Origin: Verrucomicrobiia bacterium
Lineage (GTDB): Bacteria > Verrucomicrobiota > Verrucomicrobiia > Limisphaerales > JAKPVM01
Length of the DNA stretch: 64,000 bases
Assembly: GCA_049968335.1 (NCBI GenBank)
Contig: JBMFQZ010000013.1
Location: 15,965 to 79,964 of the forward strand
Direction: 5' to 3'
The first letter of the stretch is position 1. Each line of letters begins with the position of its first letter. Below the pieces are notes generated by a model that saw nothing but the letters and a program-made list of their open reading frames with translations, made no database searches and was not told the DNA's origin. This document shows, piece after piece, positions 22,701 to 25,700 of this stretch. The translations under genes and the position numbers were made by a program.

Positions 22701-25700
22701 TATCAATACCTTAACAGTCTGACTATAATACCCAGCAACCGCTAAATCCACCTTCCCATCACCGTTCACATCCCCATAAGCAACACTCTCTGCTCCATCA
22801 TTGGCTCCTACATTAACCCTGTTCGTAAAATTACCATCACCAACCCCATACCATACCGTAACATTATCCCCATTATAATTCGCTGTCACTATATCTAACT
22901 TCCCATCCCCATTCACATCCACTATCTCCACCCAGTACGGATTATTGCCAACACTAAAATTCACAGCATTGCTAAATACCCCATCGCCTCCATTTATAAA
23001 TACACTCACACTGTGCGAATAATAATTCGCCACCACTATGTCGTTCTTATTATCTCCATTCAAATCCGCTACCCCAACAGATACAGGCCCATCCCCAGCT
23101 GCATAGTTCGTCAATCCCCCAAACGCCCCATCCCCATTGCCAAATAATATGCTTATATTGTCAGAGGTATGATTTGCTGTTACTATGTCAAGATTAGTAT
23201 CAGAATTAATCCTCGCCGTTGCTATTGATTGGGGCTTTGAACCAACACTAAACGTACCCCCTATCGTTAACGACCCATCACTAATGTTTGTAACAATGCC
23301 AAGTGGCGTCGCGCCAGTTGTAGAATCGTTATTCCTTGTTTCATTGACCATTCCCCCAATACCTATTATAGTGAAATATTTAACGTAGTTAGTTGATAAT
23401 GGATTTAAGAACTTATCTTGAATATTTGTTTTTATTATAAATCTGTACTGTCCAGGCTGCAATGGTCCATCAGGAATTGAATAATTTACTGTTAATCCTG
23501 CTGTATATCCAAGTGGATTAACAGTGTAAATTTCATCATCAGATGTATCATATATTCCATCTACTCCTGGAGTGCGTAAATCATAGTTCGTAATATTATT
23601 TATTACTACAGAATTCATATCTTCAGAATAAGTAACTGAAAATAGCGATATAATATCCGACGAACTTGTTACTGGTAATGAATCGGTGATTATTTGTGGA
23701 GATTTGGAATCATTTATATCAACATTGATTATATATTGCGCAGTTAAACCGATAGCCTGAATACCATTAATCTCACGTATTCTGACTGGCGAACCATTAA
23801 AGGTTCCATTTTTAGCATTTATACTTGAGTCATAAGCAATACTACCTGCAATCTCATCAAACTTCCAGTAACCTATCAGTCCGTTCTCGTCCGCCGCTAT
23901 TTGTGGTTCCCTATTTGTGGCATAATTCATTATCTCTGTATAACTCAAGACTCTATTCCACAATCTTACATTATCAATCGCTCCCGGGAATCTATTTTCC
24001 GAACAACATGGCTCTCCTCTAATCCAGAAATCATCATACGGCGTATAATTAACCTCAACCGGTCCTGCCGCTTTCAGAACGCCATTTATATATAAAAATG
24101 CGTTCGTGCCATCGCACATAGCTAATAAGTGTACCCATTCTCCGACGACCGCAGGAGCATCGTTTGTATAAGTTACTGAACACCCACCCGGAGGACGAAC
24201 CATTACGCCGTAATAACCATCCTGCATCGTAATCCCCCAGTCTTTGCAATTCGCTGCGCTGCCCGCAATCGACTTTCTACCTGATGTCAGATAACTCGGT
24301 TTCGCCCAGGCTTCAACACTCCATTTACTCCCAACTGATACTGAACCGACACGAACATAACCATAATTATTATCAAAGTATAAGTACCCCCTCAATCCAT
24401 CCACCTGCCCTGCTCTTACTCTCGCATAATAATAACCATTGCTTCCTTGCGGGATTGTGTAAGTTAAATTTGTAGCCCCATTAGTTGACGCGGCAACCAG
24501 TGTCCCGCTTGAATTATAAATTTCAAATACTCCGTTTAATAAACTAAAATCAGGCTTTGAATATAATAAATTGATGGTAGTTCCAGAATCCTGATACCCT
24601 AACTTATAAAAATCTCCGCTATCATCATAATAATGTATAAATCCTAAGATATTGCCCTTCAAATGTTGCAATGTTGGTTCAAGATAGATTGTATTCGCAT
24701 TATTAATATCGTTATTAGCTTCTGATTCAATCGTAAGTGGCTGCCTTGCCAGTAAAACACTTATTCTATATTCGCCTCTATAATCGTAATTAGATGATAC
24801 CCGCACATAATATGTTCCGCTTACAGTTATATTAATTGGACCTGATTGTCCCCATCCACGATAATCTGAATAAAAATAAGTTATCCTGTTACCGGCTGGA
24901 TCATAGATTTGATAAAATAGTCCGCTATTTTCAGGATTATTTAACGTCTCAACAGCAACAATTACTACATCCCCCTGCTGCGCGCTAAAACTGTAGTAAT
25001 CGTTATCATTGTTATCATATAAACGACCTCTGCCAAAATAACTTTTAACACCGCTCCCTTCTGGATTTTCCACGACATATTTTCTTGAATTACCAGTCAA
25101 AATCGTTACGCTATTTTTATAATAATTTGCAGTAGCAATGTCTGGTATTCCATCAGAGTTAAAATCGCCTACGCAAACACTTATGTCATCCGGATCGTTC
25201 GGTATACTATACACACTCTTGCCCTCAAATCCTCCCCCAGCCTTCCCAAGCATCACCACCACACTATCATAAGAATATGTCGGCACTACTATATCTAACC
25301 TCCCATCACCATTCAAATCCGTTAGCATAAACTGAAACGCATTGTGCAAACTATCCCCATAACTGTTCGCACCACTAAACCCTCCTAACCCGTCTCCATA
25401 AAATACCTTAATCGTCCAGTTGCTCGCATCCAGCGCCACTATATCTAACTTCCCATCCCCATTCACATCCCCTAACCTCACAAATATACAATTCCCACCT
25501 ACACTCACACCCCCACCATCACTAAACCCGCCCACACCATCCCCTATCAATACCTTAACAGTCTGACTATAATACCCAGCAACCGCTAAATCCACCTTCC
25601 CATCACCGTTCACATCCCCATAAGCAACACTCTCTGCTCCATCATTGGCTCCTACATTAACCCTGTTCGTAAAATTACCATCACCAACCCCATACCATAC